Positions 1 through 11,309 of a DNA stretch of 64,000 bases are shown here, piece after piece. Below the pieces are notes generated by a model. The model was not told where the DNA came from. It saw nothing but the letters and a program-made list of their open reading frames with translations, and did no database searches. The DNA comes from Clostridia bacterium (GTDB lineage Bacteria > Bacillota > Clostridia > Oscillospirales > Acutalibacteraceae), in the NCBI GenBank assembly GCA_017435665.1, contig JAFSEP010000043.1, forward strand, positions 2,004 to 66,003. The letters are read 5' to 3'. A program made the position numbers and the translations under genes. Position 1 is the stretch's first letter. Each line of letters starts with the position of its first letter.

Positions 1-749
1 ATGATGTTTCCGTCTTCCTTGACTTCCTGAATAAGAGCCTTAATTCTGCCTTCGAACTGACCTCTGAACTGAGTTCCCGCAACAAGTGCGGTAAGGTCGA
101 GAAGGTGAATTTCCTTGTTTGCAATTTTTGCCGGCACCTGACCGTTTGCAATTCTGAGAGCAAGGCCTTCTGCAATAGCTGTTTTACCTACACCCGGCTC
201 ACCTATAAGGCAAGGATTGTTCTTTGAACGGCGGCAAAGTATCTGTATTGTTCTGTAAATCTCACTCTCTCTGCCGATAATATTATCAAGCTTACCTTCA
301 CGTGCCTTTTCTGTAAGATCCGTGCAGTATAAGCTCAGGCTCTTGCGTTTTTTCGGATTTTTCTTTTTTGATTTTCTGCCTCCGTTTGATTTTTCTTCGT
401 TTGCCTCTGCCTTCTGCATAGGCACCTGACCATTCATCATTTCCTGAGGCATAAGGGAATTCATATCACCCATAAGTCCCTGAAGGAAGGGCAATGTGGG
501 GGCACCGCCCTCCTCAAAGTCGCCGTCTTCATCCGATGCAGGAAACATATTACCAAACTGCTCTGTGATTGCATCAACATCGTCTTCGGTAATACCCATT
601 GACTGCATCATCTGCTTTATGGGACCGATATTCATTTCCATTGCACATTTAAGGCAGTAGCCTTCAGATGTGGTTTTACCGTTATCCACCTTCTGGATAA
701 ACATCACCGCAGGTCTTTCCTTACATCTGCAGCATAACATCTTTTTCAT
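1..749 (-). CDS. Clp/Hsp100-family AAA+ ATPase, N-terminal part (3' end of gene lies beyond window start)
   Basis: Not in the ORF track because it is open at the window edge. Minus-strand ATG at 747-749. Translation starts [17 protein letters not shown]...[10 protein letters not shown], then a low-complexity linker, then the D1 start [11 protein letters not shown]...[18 protein letters not shown] (Walker A). Confidence 0.8.
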   Translation of the reverse strand, partial: MKKMLCCRCKERPAVMFIQKVDNGKTTSEGYCLKCAMEMNIGPIKQMMQSMGITEDDVDAITEQFGNMFPASDEDGDFEEGGAPTLPFLQGLMGDMNSLMPQEMMNGQVPMQKAEANEEKSNGGRKSKKKNPKKRKSLSLYCTDLTEKAREGKLDNIIGRESEIYRTIQILCRRSKNNPCLIGEPGVGKTAIAEGLALRIANGQVPAKIANKEIHLLDLTALVAGTQFRGQFEGRIKALIQEVKEDGNI

Positions 750-777
750 TTTTCTTTCTCCTTACTTTTTTCGGGAA

Positions 778-1419
778 TTATTTTTCTGACTTTGCAGCCT
801 TCTTCTCCTTGAACTGCTTTATAGTACCGGGAGCATAGCTGAGAAGAGCAACAAAGGTTGAGATAAGTGCAACTATTACAAGTGTAAACATAAGCCATGC
901 GGGCATTGTGAATACGGAAGTAAGAGCACCTACCGACGGTCCGAAAGCAATAACCGCAAGCACAACACCGTAGAATACGCAGGTTGCAACCTTACCGTAA
1001 ATTTCAGCAGCACCGGGGCGTAAACCAACCATGAGCATAATGAGACCGCCCACGATCATAATAAGATCCTTGAGAAGGAAGAGAAGGAATACCCAACCGA
1101 AGGCTCTTACTGTTGCATCATCAGCGTTACGGAAATCCCAGAACAGAAGAATGGCAACTGTTATGATTGTCAGCTTATCTGCAACAGGGTCAAGGATTTT
1201 TCCTAAATCTGACACCTGATTGAATTTTCTTGCAATCTTGCCGTCAAAAAGGTCTGTAAGTCCCGATAAGGCAATAAGGCCTATTGACCAGCCGAGATGG
1301 CCCTTAACAAAAAGCACAGCAATAGCGGGAATAAGTAATAATCTTATATATGATAAAAAATTCGGAATAGTTTTCCAGTCCTTAAATAATGTTTTTAACG
1401 TCTGACTAAAATCACTCAT
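778..1419 (-). CDS. pgsA: CDP-alcohol phosphatidyltransferase (PgsA-like)
   Basis: Motif DGKIARKFNQVSDLGKILDPVADK matches DGxxAR(x8)GxxxDxxxD. Multi-pass hydrophobic protein. Confidence 0.75.
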   Translation of the reverse strand: MSDFSQTLKTLFKDWKTIPNFLSYIRLLLIPAIAVLFVKGHLGWSIGLIALSGLTDLFDGKIARKFNQVSDLGKILDPVADKLTIITVAILLFWDFRNADDATVRAFGWVFLLFLLKDLIMIVGGLIMLMVGLRPGAAEIYGKVATCVFYGVVLAVIAFGPSVGALTSVFTMPAWLMFTLVIVALISTFVALLSYAPGTIKQFKEKKAAKSEK

Positions 1420-1491
1420 TTTAATTCACTTTTCCTTTCAAAGCATAAATTAGGTTATTTTTTCACTTCAAGCCGTAACAGCCGGCAGGAT

Positions 1492-2196
1492 TTATAAATT
1501 TACAATGCTCATATCCTTTATAAGCATATTAAACAGACTTACGATTTTTGAGTTTTCAACAGCTGTCAGGAACGTGCCGTTATCAATGAAGCCTGCAAGA
1601 ATTGTTACGGCGAAGCAAAGAACAGCAGCAACAACAATACCCTTAACAGCACCGAACACACCGCCGAATATTCCGTTTGCCTGCTTTATAACAGGCAGCT
1701 TTGCAAACTTTTCAAAAATTACCGTGAAGAGCTTGAAAATAAATACGCAAAGAACGAATATTGCAACAAAAAGTATTATTTTGAGAATAACTGTCATAAC
1801 CGGAGCCACAACATTTACCATCAGAGCATCAAGCACGTTGCCTCCGCTTGCCGAAATCTGCTGTGACAGACTGTCGGTCAGTGCCTGAACGTCCATACCC
1901 AGCAGAGAAAGAAATCCGTTCATACTCTCGGGAATACTGTCAAGAGCAGACTGAACCTGTTCTGTTGCAGAGCTTCCGAGTGTTGCAATTTCACTTTCAA
2001 GCCTGGTTGCTATGCTGTTTTCAAAGAATCTTTCAAACATCTGCGGCGCAAGCTGAACAGACAGTATCCTGGCAATAATTACAGCTGCAATGTTTGTTAT
2101 AAGATCCATCAGACTTTTCACAAAGCCCTTTATAACGCCCGTAATTATACATACGGCAAAAATCACTAAAATAGCTATATCAATAATATAATTCAT
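1492..2196 (-). CDS. CvpA-family membrane protein
   Basis: N-terminus MNYIIDIAILVIFAVCIITGVIKGFVKSL is typical of the CvpA family. Several TM segments. Confidence 0.65.
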   Translation of the reverse strand: MNYIIDIAILVIFAVCIITGVIKGFVKSLMDLITNIAAVIIARILSVQLAPQMFERFFENSIATRLESEIATLGSSATEQVQSALDSIPESMNGFLSLLGMDVQALTDSLSQQISASGGNVLDALMVNVVAPVMTVILKIILFVAIFVLCVFIFKLFTVIFEKFAKLPVIKQANGIFGGVFGAVKGIVVAAVLCFAVTILAGFIDNGTFLTAVENSKIVSLFNMLIKDMSIVNL

Positions 2197-2328
2197 TTTG
2201 TACTCCTTTTAATTATCAGTCTTATCTTCACCGGGTTTAATTCATCACATTCCCCCATTCGTATACGGTTACACCGCTGATATCGTGTTATTATAGCACA
2301 AATCTCTTAAATAAACAACCGTATTTAA

Positions 2329-3459
2329 TTAAAAATCATATTTATAAACATCCGTATCAGACAGGCAATAAACATAACCGTCATTGACAAACATTGAGTT
2401 AAGTCCGCCGTCCGTTTCGGTGATATTGAGCTTTTCACCGGACGATATCGAATATACGACTATCTCACCTGTCATCATTACGTATACGTTTTTATCATCA
2501 ATTTTAAAATCCACTATATCCTTGTCAAATTCCTTCTCAAACTTCTTTTCACCGTTTTTATCAATAACGGTAAGAATGTATTTATCAAGGGTGCCGAAGG
2601 CTTTTTTCAGTATCGCTGCAGAATTATTGTCGGCAAATGCATACCCGTCAACAACATCGTAATCATAGCTGATAACCTGAGACTCCATGGAACGCAGGTC
2701 GGCAATCATATAGCTTTTATCGGTTATAACACTAAGCTCCTTGTTTCCGATAAATCTTATAACGTAAGCAGATTCACCCGTGTATTCAAACGCACCCTCA
2801 ACGTCGGTAGAATCAAGATTGAAAAACATTATCTTTGAATACGCCTCACCGTTCTTTACACCGATTGACGAAACTGCAACCGTTTTTCCGTTTTTTGACA
2901 AGGCTGCCTGACTGAGATATTCATCCGTACATTCCCATTGGAAAAGGAGCTTGTTTGAGGATGAATAAACACTTAAAACCGAGGAAGCCTGTGTCTTTCG
3001 TGTGATTATTGCATAATTTCCGTTTTTTGCTATATCGGCATTGATTATCTCATCGCCGCCGTCACTGTGATAAACCACGCCCATACGGTTCATTATTGCA
3101 AATTTTCCCGTGGAGCGCTCAAAAACAATGTAGTTTCCGCTTTTACTTTTCACAAGAGGATTTGAATAGCCCAGCTTATCTGAGCTTCTTACGGAACCGT
3201 CTGACTTGAAGGAAACCAATGAATTGGTCGTCAGCACGATGTTGCCGTCAGAAAGACCGAAGCCTTTATTTATCTGCAAATCCTCAAAATAAAGTATTAC
3301 GTTTTCATCCTTGAGCTGACCGTGAGTTACTTCTTTATTCAAGGCAGACTGAGCGATGGTGTAAACGGTATAAAAAGAAACGGAAAGGAAGGAAATGATT
3401 GCAGCTGCAATTATAAGCCTTCTGAAAAAACTTTTCTTATTCTTAACTTCTTTTTTCAT
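2329..3459 (-). CDS. Membrane-anchored hypothetical protein with repetitive beta-rich ectodomain (DUF5711-like, from memory)
   Basis: ORF 2329-3474. I prefer the MKKEVKNKK start at 3459 because GAGGA lies 9 nt upstream. One N-terminal TM (LIIAAAIISFLSVSFYTVYTI). No catalytic motif recognised. Confidence 0.55.
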   Translation of the reverse strand: MKKEVKNKKSFFRRLIIAAAIISFLSVSFYTVYTIAQSALNKEVTHGQLKDENVILYFEDLQINKGFGLSDGNIVLTTNSLVSFKSDGSVRSSDKLGYSNPLVKSKSGNYIVFERSTGKFAIMNRMGVVYHSDGGDEIINADIAKNGNYAIITRKTQASSVLSVYSSSNKLLFQWECTDEYLSQAALSKNGKTVAVSSIGVKNGEAYSKIMFFNLDSTDVEGAFEYTGESAYVIRFIGNKELSVITDKSYMIADLRSMESQVISYDYDVVDGYAFADNNSAAILKKAFGTLDKYILTVIDKNGEKKFEKEFDKDIVDFKIDDKNVYVMMTGEIVVYSISSGEKLNITETDGGLNSMFVNDGYVYCLSDTDVYKYDF

Positions 3460-3460
3460 A

Positions 3461-4204
3461 TCATATGTCCTCATAAAAAACTTTATTGAGATATAGGCCC
3501 TCCGAAGGAGCTGTTACGCCTGCCTCTTTCCTGCTTTTTGAAGCAATTATACGTTCCAAATTATTCTCAGGAATTTTACCCCTGCTGATATCAATAAGCG
3601 TGCCGACCATAATTCTGACCATATTGTATAAGAAGCCGTCACCGCTTACCCTGAATTCAACCATATCGCCGTTTCTGACCACGTCAAAGGAGAAAACCTC
3701 TCTTACCGTGTCTTCAACACTCGATCCCGATGCGCAGAAGGCTGCAAAATCGTGCTTACCGATAAAAGCCTTTGCTTCTCTGTCAAGGAGCTTTTCGTCA
3801 AGAGGATACTTGTAATGATAAGCTCTGTTTTTCAAAAACGGATTACCGTAAGGACTGTTATCTATGAGATAAACGTATTCCTTGCCCTTGCAGTCAAACC
3901 TTGCGTGAAAATCCGTATCCGTTTCCTCACAATGAAAAATCACAGCTTCATCCGGTAATACGGCGTTAAGGGCATTTATAATTCTTTCGCAGGTCATTTC
4001 TGTTTCAATCCTGCAGTTAAAGCAGAATTCATTTGCGTGAACGCCCGCATCCGTACGGCTGCAGCCGTTAACGGTAACGTCCTGATTAAAAATTCTGCCG
4101 ACGGCATCCTTAACCGCTTGCTGAACGGTAAAACCGTTGGGTTGAATCTGCCACCCGTGGAAAGCCGAGCCGTCATATTTGATTTTAAATAAAAAATTTC
4201 TCAT
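3461..4204 (-). CDS. truA: tRNA pseudouridine(38-40) synthase TruA
   Basis: KYDGSAFHGWQIQPNG and RTDAGVHA motifs. Follows the ecf operon as in Bacillus. Confidence 0.9.
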   Translation of the reverse strand: MRNFLFKIKYDGSAFHGWQIQPNGFTVQQAVKDAVGRIFNQDVTVNGCSRTDAGVHANEFCFNCRIETEMTCERIINALNAVLPDEAVIFHCEETDTDFHARFDCKGKEYVYLIDNSPYGNPFLKNRAYHYKYPLDEKLLDREAKAFIGKHDFAAFCASGSSVEDTVREVFSFDVVRNGDMVEFRVSGDGFLYNMVRIMVGTLIDISRGKIPENNLERIIASKSRKEAGVTAPSEGLYLNKVFYEDI

Positions 4205-4223
4205 AATAACGACTCCCTGAAAT

Positions 4224-5039
4224 TTATATAATCTTGCCGAAAAGATTGTTTATCAGCACTACTGCGGCAATTGATACTACCGACAGGAGCACTGTTACGC
4301 TTTCATTAAGACCAAACTTCATTTTCTTCATCCGTGTTCTGCCTTCGCCGCCGCTGTAACATCTGCATTCCATTGCAAAGGCAAGCTCATATGCCCGTCT
4401 TATTGACGAGACAAACAGCGGAACAAGAATCGGTACGAGAGCCTTGGCTCTCTGAAGTATATTTCCGCTTTCAAGATCTGCTCCCCTTGCTTTCTGAGCG
4501 TTCATAATCTTGTCCACTTCTTCAATAAGCGTGGGTATAAAACGCAAAGCCAATGTCATAATCATCGCCAACGTGTGCACCTGAATATGAAGCTTATTCA
4601 AAGGTGACAAAAGTCTTTCAAGGCCGTCCGTAAGCATTGTCGGTGTCGTTGTATAAGTCAGGAGCGAGCTTGAAATAATAAGTGCCACTATTCGCACCGC
4701 CATAAATAAGGCTGTAAAAATGCCCTTGGTGCTGATTGTTATAAATCTCCAAGAGAACAGAACCGTTCCGCCCGTTACGTAAAAGATGTTAAGTATTGTT
4801 GTAAAAATAACAATAGGCACAATAGGTTTAAGACTCTTGAAAAACATTTTGAAGGGAACCTTTGAAACCGCAATGGCCGCAGCAAGAAGAACCAGCATAA
4901 AAGCAAGAGAATAAAAATTCTTGCACATAAATATAAGCACCATAAACAAAACAGTGATTATCAGCTTTGCTCTTGGATCCAGCTTATGCACAAAAGAATT
5001 TCCCGGGAAATACTGACCTATGGTAATATCTTTAATCAT
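4224..5039 (-). CDS. ecfT: ECF transporter transmembrane component EcfT
   Basis: Polytopic membrane protein directly after two ECF ATPase genes. Conserved ...ARG...R motifs near the C-terminus. Confidence 0.85.
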   Translation of the reverse strand: MIKDITIGQYFPGNSFVHKLDPRAKLIITVLFMVLIFMCKNFYSLAFMLVLLAAAIAVSKVPFKMFFKSLKPIVPIVIFTTILNIFYVTGGTVLFSWRFITISTKGIFTALFMAVRIVALIISSSLLTYTTTPTMLTDGLERLLSPLNKLHIQVHTLAMIMTLALRFIPTLIEEVDKIMNAQKARGADLESGNILQRAKALVPILVPLFVSSIRRAYELAFAMECRCYSGGEGRTRMKKMKFGLNESVTVLLSVVSIAAVVLINNLFGKII

Positions 5040-5904
5040 TTTCCCTGCCCCCTTTCAGAATTGAAAGAAGCTCTTTTCTTCCCTCTTCAACGCTGTATAT
5101 ATTAGTCCTTACGTTGTAGCCCTTTTCTTTAAGTCTGACAAAAAGAGAGGTAATCTGCGGTATGTTAAGACCCATTTCAACAAGCTCGTTGTGTCTTGAA
5201 TAAACCTCGTCAACATTACCGTATGCGACAACCCTGCCCTTGTTCATAACAAGCACCTTTGTTGCAAGCTTCGCCACATCCTCCATACTGTGAGAAATAA
5301 TTATCACGGTGCTTCCCGTTTTCTCACGGTATTGCTTTATAAGCTCAAGGATAGTATCTCTACCCTTAGGATCAAGACCTGCACACGGTTCGTCAAGAAC
5401 GAGTATTTCAGGCTCCATGGCCATAACCCCGGCAATGGCAACCCTTCTCTTTTCACCGCCCGATAAATCGAAGGGCGATTTATCAAGATAACTGCTGTCA
5501 AGACCGACAAAGGAAATTGCCTGACGAACACGTCTGTCAACTTCTTCCTTACCGAGGCCCATATTGACGGGACCAAAGGCAATATCCTTGGCAACGGTTT
5601 CTTCGAAAAGCTGATATTCGGGATACTGAAAACAAAGCCCGACGGTAAAGCGCACCTGACGGATATCGGATTTATTTGCCCATATATCCTTGCCCTTGAC
5701 ATATACCGTTCCCTCAGTCTGCTTCAAAAGACCGTTGAAATGCTGAATAAGCGTACTCTTTCCCGAGCCTGTGTGACCGATGATCCCCACAAGCTCCCCC
5801 TTCTCTATTTCAATGCTGACATCATCAATTGCGACACGTCTGAAGGGTGTACCGTCGCTGTAAACATATGCCAGCTTTTCTGTTTTTAACACTATTTCGT
5901 TCAT
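5032..5904 (-). CDS. ecfA2: ECF transporter ATPase EcfA2
   Basis: Walker [10 protein letters not shown], signature LSGGEKRR, Walker B ILVLDEP. Overlaps both neighbouring genes. Confidence 0.85.
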   Translation of the reverse strand: MNEIVLKTEKLAYVYSDGTPFRRVAIDDVSIEIEKGELVGIIGHTGSGKSTLIQHFNGLLKQTEGTVYVKGKDIWANKSDIRQVRFTVGLCFQYPEYQLFEETVAKDIAFGPVNMGLGKEEVDRRVRQAISFVGLDSSYLDKSPFDLSGGEKRRVAIAGVMAMEPEILVLDEPCAGLDPKGRDTILELIKQYREKTGSTVIIISHSMEDVAKLATKVLVMNKGRVVAYGNVDEVYSRHNELVEMGLNIPQITSLFVRLKEKGYNVRTNIYSVEEGRKELLSILKGGREND

Positions 5905-6755
5905 TCCGACACCTCCGCAATTTTGCTAAAGGCTTCAATGAATTCTTCTTCATTGAGGATGTCAGCCCGAATATCTATTCCGTCTTTTCTGAGAAGGCAG
6001 GAAAGCTCTGTGACCTGAGGAACGTCAAGACCGATTGCTTTAAGCTTATCCGTGTTTCGGAACACTTCCTTGGGTTTTCCGTCAAAGGCGACCGTTCCGT
6101 CATCCATAACAATTACTCTGTCAGCCTGAACAGCCTCATCCATATAGTGAGTGATGAAAACAACTGTTATTCCCATATCCTTATTAAGATGCTTTATTGT
6201 TTTCATTACCTCTTTGCGTCCCCTGGGGTCAAGCATAGCAGTAGGCTCATCAAGAACAATGCATTCTGTCTGCATTGCGATAATACCTGCAATCGCAACT
6301 CTTTGCTTCTGTCCTCCGGAAAGCTTATGAGGCTCGTGATCCTTGTATTCATACATACCTACGGATTTGAGGGCACTGTCTACCCTCTTTCTGATTTCAT
6401 CAGGGTCAACACCTAAATTTTCGGGACCGAAGGCAACATCATCTTCAACGATTGTTGCAACAATCTGGTTATCGGGATTCTGAAAAACCATACCTACGGT
6501 TCTTCTTATGCTGTCCTTATTGCTTTCATCGGCAGTATCCATACCGTTCACCGTAACTTTTCCCTTTTGAGGTACGAGTATTGCGTTTGAGAGCTTGGCA
6601 AGTGTGCTTTTACCGGAGCCGTTATGTCCGAGAACCGCAACGAAGCTACCCTTCCCTATGGAAAGAGAAAGGTCGGAAATCACAACGTTATCCGCTGCTT
6701 CATCGTCAGTTACATATTTAAAGCCTACGTTTTCAAACTTGATAATTTCGTTCAT
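5901..6755 (-). CDS. ecfA1: ECF transporter ATPase EcfA1
   Basis: Walker [25 protein letters not shown]. First gene of the ecfA1-ecfA2-ecfT order. Confidence 0.85.
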   Translation of the reverse strand: MNEIIKFENVGFKYVTDDEAADNVVISDLSLSIGKGSFVAVLGHNGSGKSTLAKLSNAILVPQKGKVTVNGMDTADESNKDSIRRTVGMVFQNPDNQIVATIVEDDVAFGPENLGVDPDEIRKRVDSALKSVGMYEYKDHEPHKLSGGQKQRVAIAGIIAMQTECIVLDEPTAMLDPRGRKEVMKTIKHLNKDMGITVVFITHYMDEAVQADRVIVMDDGTVAFDGKPKEVFRNTDKLKAIGLDVPQVTELSCLLRKDGIDIRADILNEEEFIEAFSKIAEVSE

Positions 6756-6769
6756 TTAATAAATCCTTT

Positions 6770-7672
6770 TTATTCGGTCTTTTCCCATATTGCGGAAGCT
6801 CCGCAGGGCAAAACCATTTTTGTATTTGTAACGGGCAAACCTATTTCACTTGACGATACCTTACCGCCGAATTTTGTCTTTACGGTTGTACCCAAAATAT
6901 ATTCCATAACCGAGGGTGAAAGTCCTGTTGTATATGAGTTTATCAGCATCATAATCGAATCCTCGTATAATAGCTGAGAGCATAACTCAACGAAGTTATA
7001 TATCTCGTCCTCCAGCTTCCACACCTCACCTCCGGGGCCTCTTCCGTATGAGGGCGGATCCATTATGATGATATCATATTTATTGCCCCGTCTGATTTCA
7101 CGCTGAATGAACTTGACACAGTCATCAACAATCCATCTTACGCTTCTGTCTGCAACGCCTGATGCTGCTGCATTTTCCTTTGCCCAGGCAACCATTCCCT
7201 TTGAAGCGTCAACGTGAACAACACTTGCGCCCTCCTTGAGGCAGGCAATTGTTGCACCTCCGGTATAAGCAAAAAGGTTAAGAACCTTAACGGGACGGTC
7301 TGCCTTACGGATAAGCTCTCTCGTGTAATCCCAGTTGACCGCCTGTTCGGGGAAAATGCCCGTATGCTTGAAGCCCATATTTTTTACGTTAAAGGTAAGA
7401 TCCTTATATTTTATCTGCCATCTGTCGGGAAGAGAGCTTTTAAATTCCCAATGTCCGCCGCCTGTTTTTGAACGGATATAGTATGCATTCGCCTTTTTCC
7501 AGCTGGGATTATTTTTCGGTGTTTTCCATATAACCTGAGGATCGGGACGTACCAATATAAAATCTCCCCATCTTTCAAGACGGTCACCGTTGCTTGAGTC
7601 TATGAGCTCATAATCCTTCCAATCACTTGTATATCTCACGTCTGTTACTGCGACAGCAAATACTGTCTTCAC
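6770..7672 (-). CDS. Class I SAM-dependent methyltransferase (RlmI/PF10672-like)
   Basis: LNLFAYTGGATIA (SAM motif I-like) and IIMDPPSYG (DPPxY/F motif). Confidence 0.7.
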   Translation of the reverse strand: MKTVFAVAVTDVRYTSDWKDYELIDSSNGDRLERWGDFILVRPDPQVIWKTPKNNPSWKKANAYYIRSKTGGGHWEFKSSLPDRWQIKYKDLTFNVKNMGFKHTGIFPEQAVNWDYTRELIRKADRPVKVLNLFAYTGGATIACLKEGASVVHVDASKGMVAWAKENAAASGVADRSVRWIVDDCVKFIQREIRRGNKYDIIIMDPPSYGRGPGGEVWKLEDEIYNFVELCSQLLYEDSIMMLINSYTTGLSPSVMEYILGTTVKTKFGGKVSSSEIGLPVTNTKMVLPCGASAIWEKTE

Positions 7673-7702
7673 CTTTCCGTAATTTTTGTATATCTGTCTG
7701 CC

Positions 7703-9052
7703 CTAAATTAACCTTTTTCTTATAACTTCGGCAATTTCCTCTGCAAGTATTTCAATGCGGGTCTGATCCTGTCCTTCAAGCATAACTCTCACAAGAGGCT
7801 CGGTTCCCGAAACTCTTACAAGAACTCTTCCGCTTTCACCAAGCTGTTCTTCAGCCTGTCTGATTGCAATTCTGATTTCCTCATCGTCGCTGAATCTTGC
7901 TTTACCCATATCGGAAACCCGTATATTTATCATCGTCTGCGGATAAACCGTCATACACGAAGCAAGCTGTGAAAGAGATTTATCCGTTTTTTTCATTATC
8001 TGTAAAACCTGAAGGGCCGTAAGCTGTCCGTCGCCCGTTGTTGCATAATCAAGGAAAATAACATGACCGGATTGCTCGCCGCCGATTGAATAGCCCTTAT
8101 CAACCATTGCTTCAAGAACATATCTGTCACCAACCTTAGTGGCTTCGTAAGAAATTCCGTTTTCATCGCAGAACTTATAAAAGCCCATATTTGTCATAAC
8201 GGTGACAACAGCGGTATCCTTATTGAGCTTGCCCTCCTGCTTCATATGCTTTGCACAGATTGCGATGATTCTGTCTCCGTCAACGACCTCACCGTTTTCA
8301 TCAACGGCAAGCATTCTGTCTGCATCACCGTCAAAAGCAAAGCCTGCCGTAAGACCGTTTTCCTTAACGTATCTGCTGAGATTTTCCGTATGCGTTGAAC
8401 CGCAGTTATCGTTTATATTAACACCGTCAGGAGAATCTGACAGCATATGACAGTCGGCACCGAGGGATGAAAACAGCTTTTCAGCCGAAACACTTGCCGC
8501 ACCGTTTGCACAGTCAAGGGCGATACTCATTCCGGAAAAATCAACTTCAACCGAATTTCTCAGATGCTCAATATAGTCATTCACCGTGTTTTCGCAAACG
8601 GAAACAGTACCGACTTCTCCTCCGATTTTCAGCTCCGGCTTTTCAATCTCATCAAGAATTATTCTCTCTATTTCATCCTCTATTCTGTCGGGCAGCTTAT
8701 ACCCGTCTGCTCTGAATATTTTTATTCCGTTATATTCACAAGGATTGTGAGATGCCGAAATCATTACAGCCGCATCATAACCGTACTTTTTAACAAGGTA
8801 TGCCACAGCCGGTGTCGGCACTACGCCTAAAGTCATCACGTCCGCACCAACGGAACAAAGTCCCGCCGAAATTGCACTTTCAAGCATAGAGGATGAGGCT
8901 CTTGTGTCCTGTCCGATAAGAACCTTAGGTTTTCTATGCTCATTATCCGTCAGCACCGCAGCCGTTGCCCTGCCTATTTTAACGGCAAGCTCGCAGCTGA
9001 GTTCTGTATTGGCGACGCCTCTGACGCCGTCGGTTCCGAATAATCTGCCCAT
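7703..9052 (-). CDS. glmM: Phosphoglucosamine mutase
   Basis: MGRLFGTDGVRGVAN N-terminus, active-site SASHNP, FDGDADR metal loop. Confidence 0.9.
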   Translation of the reverse strand: MGRLFGTDGVRGVANTELSCELAVKIGRATAAVLTDNEHRKPKVLIGQDTRASSSMLESAISAGLCSVGADVMTLGVVPTPAVAYLVKKYGYDAAVMISASHNPCEYNGIKIFRADGYKLPDRIEDEIERIILDEIEKPELKIGGEVGTVSVCENTVNDYIEHLRNSVEVDFSGMSIALDCANGAASVSAEKLFSSLGADCHMLSDSPDGVNINDNCGSTHTENLSRYVKENGLTAGFAFDGDADRMLAVDENGEVVDGDRIIAICAKHMKQEGKLNKDTAVVTVMTNMGFYKFCDENGISYEATKVGDRYVLEAMVDKGYSIGGEQSGHVIFLDYATTGDGQLTALQVLQIMKKTDKSLSQLASCMTVYPQTMINIRVSDMGKARFSDDEEIRIAIRQAEEQLGESGRVLVRVSGTEPLVRVMLEGQDQTRIEILAEEIAEVIRKRLI

Positions 9053-9071
9053 TTACTCTCTTCTCTCTGAA

Positions 9072-10094
9072 TTATTTGATTTGATGCTCTATACCAAGAT
9101 GCTCGTATGCAGCAGGTGTTGCAATTCTGCCTCTGGGTGTTCTTCCCAGAAAGCCTATCTGCATAAGGTAAGGTTCATAAACGTCCTCGATAGTAATCGC
9201 TTCTTCACCTATCGCCGCAGAAATAGTTTCAAGTCCCACAGGCCCGCCGTTATAGCTCTTGATTATAGCCGTAAGCAAACGTCTGTCGGTGGCATCAAGT
9301 CCAAGCTCATCTATTTCCATTCTATTCAGCGTAAGGCTTGCACTTTCCTTTGTTATAACACCGTTACCCACAATCTGAGCAAAATCTCTCGCTCTCTTGA
9401 GAATACGGTTTGCAATTCTCGGTGTACCTCTTGAGCAGGAGGCAATCTGCAATGCACCCTCCCTGTCAATTTCAATTCCGAGAATACCTGCACTTCTTAT
9501 TACAATTCTGCTGAGTTCCTCGGGAGTGTAAAGCTCAAGTCTCATCACAACGCCGAAACGGTCACGCAAAGGTGCAGAAAGCTGTCCTGCTCTCGTGGTT
9601 GCACCGACGAGTGTGAATTTAGGCAAATCAAGTCTGATTGACCTTGCTGAGGGGCCCTTGCCGATAATTATATCAAGTGCATTATCCTCCATTGCGGGAT
9701 AAAGAACCTCCTCCACACTTCTGTGAAGACGGTGGATTTCGTCAACAAAAAGAACATCACCTTCGTTGAGGTTCGTCAGCAATGCCGCAAGGTCACCCTG
9801 CTTTTCAATGGCGGGGCCTGACGTAACACGAAGATTAACATTCATCTCATTGGCAATAATGCCCGCAAGAGTAGTTTTACCAAGTCCCGGAGGACCGTAA
9901 AGAAGCACGTGGTCAAGGCTTTCTCCTCTGGAAATCGCTGCCTGAATGTATATCTTCAGGTTTTCCTTTACCTTCTCCTGACCGATATAATCTTCAAAGA
10001 CACGGGGTCTCAACGAAAGCTCAATATCTCCGTCATCACGGATAAACTCCCTTGACATTATTCTTTCTTCATATTCGTTTTCAAATTCATTCAT
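9072..10094 (-). CDS. ruvB: Holliday junction helicase RuvB
   Basis: [14 protein letters not shown] Walker A and DEIHRL. ruvC-ruvA-ruvB order. Confidence 0.9.
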   Translation of the reverse strand: MNEFENEYEERIMSREFIRDDGDIELSLRPRVFEDYIGQEKVKENLKIYIQAAISRGESLDHVLLYGPPGLGKTTLAGIIANEMNVNLRVTSGPAIEKQGDLAALLTNLNEGDVLFVDEIHRLHRSVEEVLYPAMEDNALDIIIGKGPSARSIRLDLPKFTLVGATTRAGQLSAPLRDRFGVVMRLELYTPEELSRIVIRSAGILGIEIDREGALQIASCSRGTPRIANRILKRARDFAQIVGNGVITKESASLTLNRMEIDELGLDATDRRLLTAIIKSYNGGPVGLETISAAIGEEAITIEDVYEPYLMQIGFLGRTPRGRIATPAAYEHLGIEHQIK

Positions 10095-10109
10095 TTTTCA
10101 TTCTCCGTA

Positions 10110-10706
10110 TTAAAGAATTTTAAGTGCCTGAGTTATAAGCTTTTCAACACTAAGGCTTTTATCAAGCTTCGATACTGCTACGCTTGCCTCTGTCTGAGTA
10201 TATCCGAGCATTACCAGTGCTTCAACCGCTTCATTGACGTTCCTGCAATCGCATACAGAGGCAACTGCGGCAACACTTTCCGTTCCCTGAGACTGCGGAA
10301 ATGCACCTTTGAGCTTATCCTTCAGCTCGAGCACCACTCTCTGCGCAATTTTGGGTCCTATGCCTTGAGCCTTTGTTATAGCCTTGGCATCCGAGCTTGC
10401 TATGGCAAGAGCAAGCTTATCGGGAGTAAGCTCAGACAAAATTGCAATGGCAGCCTTCGGGCCGACACCTGAAACGGAAATCAGCATTTTAAAGCAGTCC
10501 AGCTCAGTTTCGTCGTAAAATCCGAAAAGATCAAGAGCATCCTCTCTCACGCTGAGGTAAGTATAAAGAGTTACTCCGCAATTATTTGATGAAAGCTCAT
10601 TCAACGTATTGAGTGTTACCGTAAGTCTGAAGGCAACACCGGAGCAGCTAATAGCAACCGACGTTGAATCTTTATATACAATGTCACCTGTGAGGCTGTA
10701 AAACAT
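10110..10706 (-). CDS. ruvA: Holliday junction DNA-binding protein RuvA
   Basis: Size, GVGPKAAIAIL and GIGPKIAQRV HhH motifs, position between ruvC and ruvB. Confidence 0.85.
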   Translation of the reverse strand: MFYSLTGDIVYKDSTSVAISCSGVAFRLTVTLNTLNELSSNNCGVTLYTYLSVREDALDLFGFYDETELDCFKMLISVSGVGPKAAIAILSELTPDKLALAIASSDAKAITKAQGIGPKIAQRVVLELKDKLKGAFPQSQGTESVAAVASVCDCRNVNEAVEALVMLGYTQTEASVAVSKLDKSLSVEKLITQALKIL

Positions 10707-10709
10707 AGC

Positions 10710-11219
10710 TTATATCCCCCTTCTGATGCTGAGATTATTATTAAATAAGGAACCGCTTGCGTGTGCATGACAGATTGCCATAGCAAGAGCATCAGCGGTA
10801 TCGTCGGGCTTAGGCACCTTTTCAAGTCCGAGAATACGCTTTGTCATTTCCTGAACCTGCTTCTTTTCTGCCCTGCCGTAGCCGACCACACTCTGCTTGA
10901 CCTGAAGCGGTGTATATTCAAAAACAGGAAGGCTGTTTTTTTGTGCCGCAAGCATAAGAACACCTCTTGCCTGACTAACATCAATAACGGTCTTTGCATT
11001 ATTGTTATAAAACAGCTTTTCGATTGACATAACTTCAGGAGAATTCCTTTTTACGATTTCATTGAACTTGTCATAAATGATTTCCAGTCTTTCGTTAAAA
11101 GGAGTTTTTGCTTCAGTAATAATCGCACCGTAGTCAATGGTTCTGAAATGATTGCTGCGGTACTCAATTACCCCATATCCGATTATAGCGTAACCCGGGT
11201 CAATCCCTAAAATAATCAT
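10710..11219 (-). CDS. ruvC: Crossover junction endodeoxyribonuclease RuvC
   Basis: MIILGIDPGYAIIGYGVIE N-terminus and C-terminal DDTADALAMAICH. Confidence 0.9.
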   Translation of the reverse strand: MIILGIDPGYAIIGYGVIEYRSNHFRTIDYGAIITEAKTPFNERLEIIYDKFNEIVKRNSPEVMSIEKLFYNNNAKTVIDVSQARGVLMLAAQKNSLPVFEYTPLQVKQSVVGYGRAEKKQVQEMTKRILGLEKVPKPDDTADALAMAICHAHASGSLFNNNLSIRRGI

Positions 11220-11309
11220 CGCATACTACCTCATTATAATTATCATCTCAGTATACCACATAATTATAAATCTAACAAGTGGTGAACATAATATTTTAAG
11301 CAAATATAA

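Noticed and set aside
5847-6416. 189-aa ORF antisense to ecfA1 (similar case: 48825-49451, 208 aa, antisense to priA)
   Set aside because: These are shadow ORFs inside well-supported genes, with no start context or motifs.
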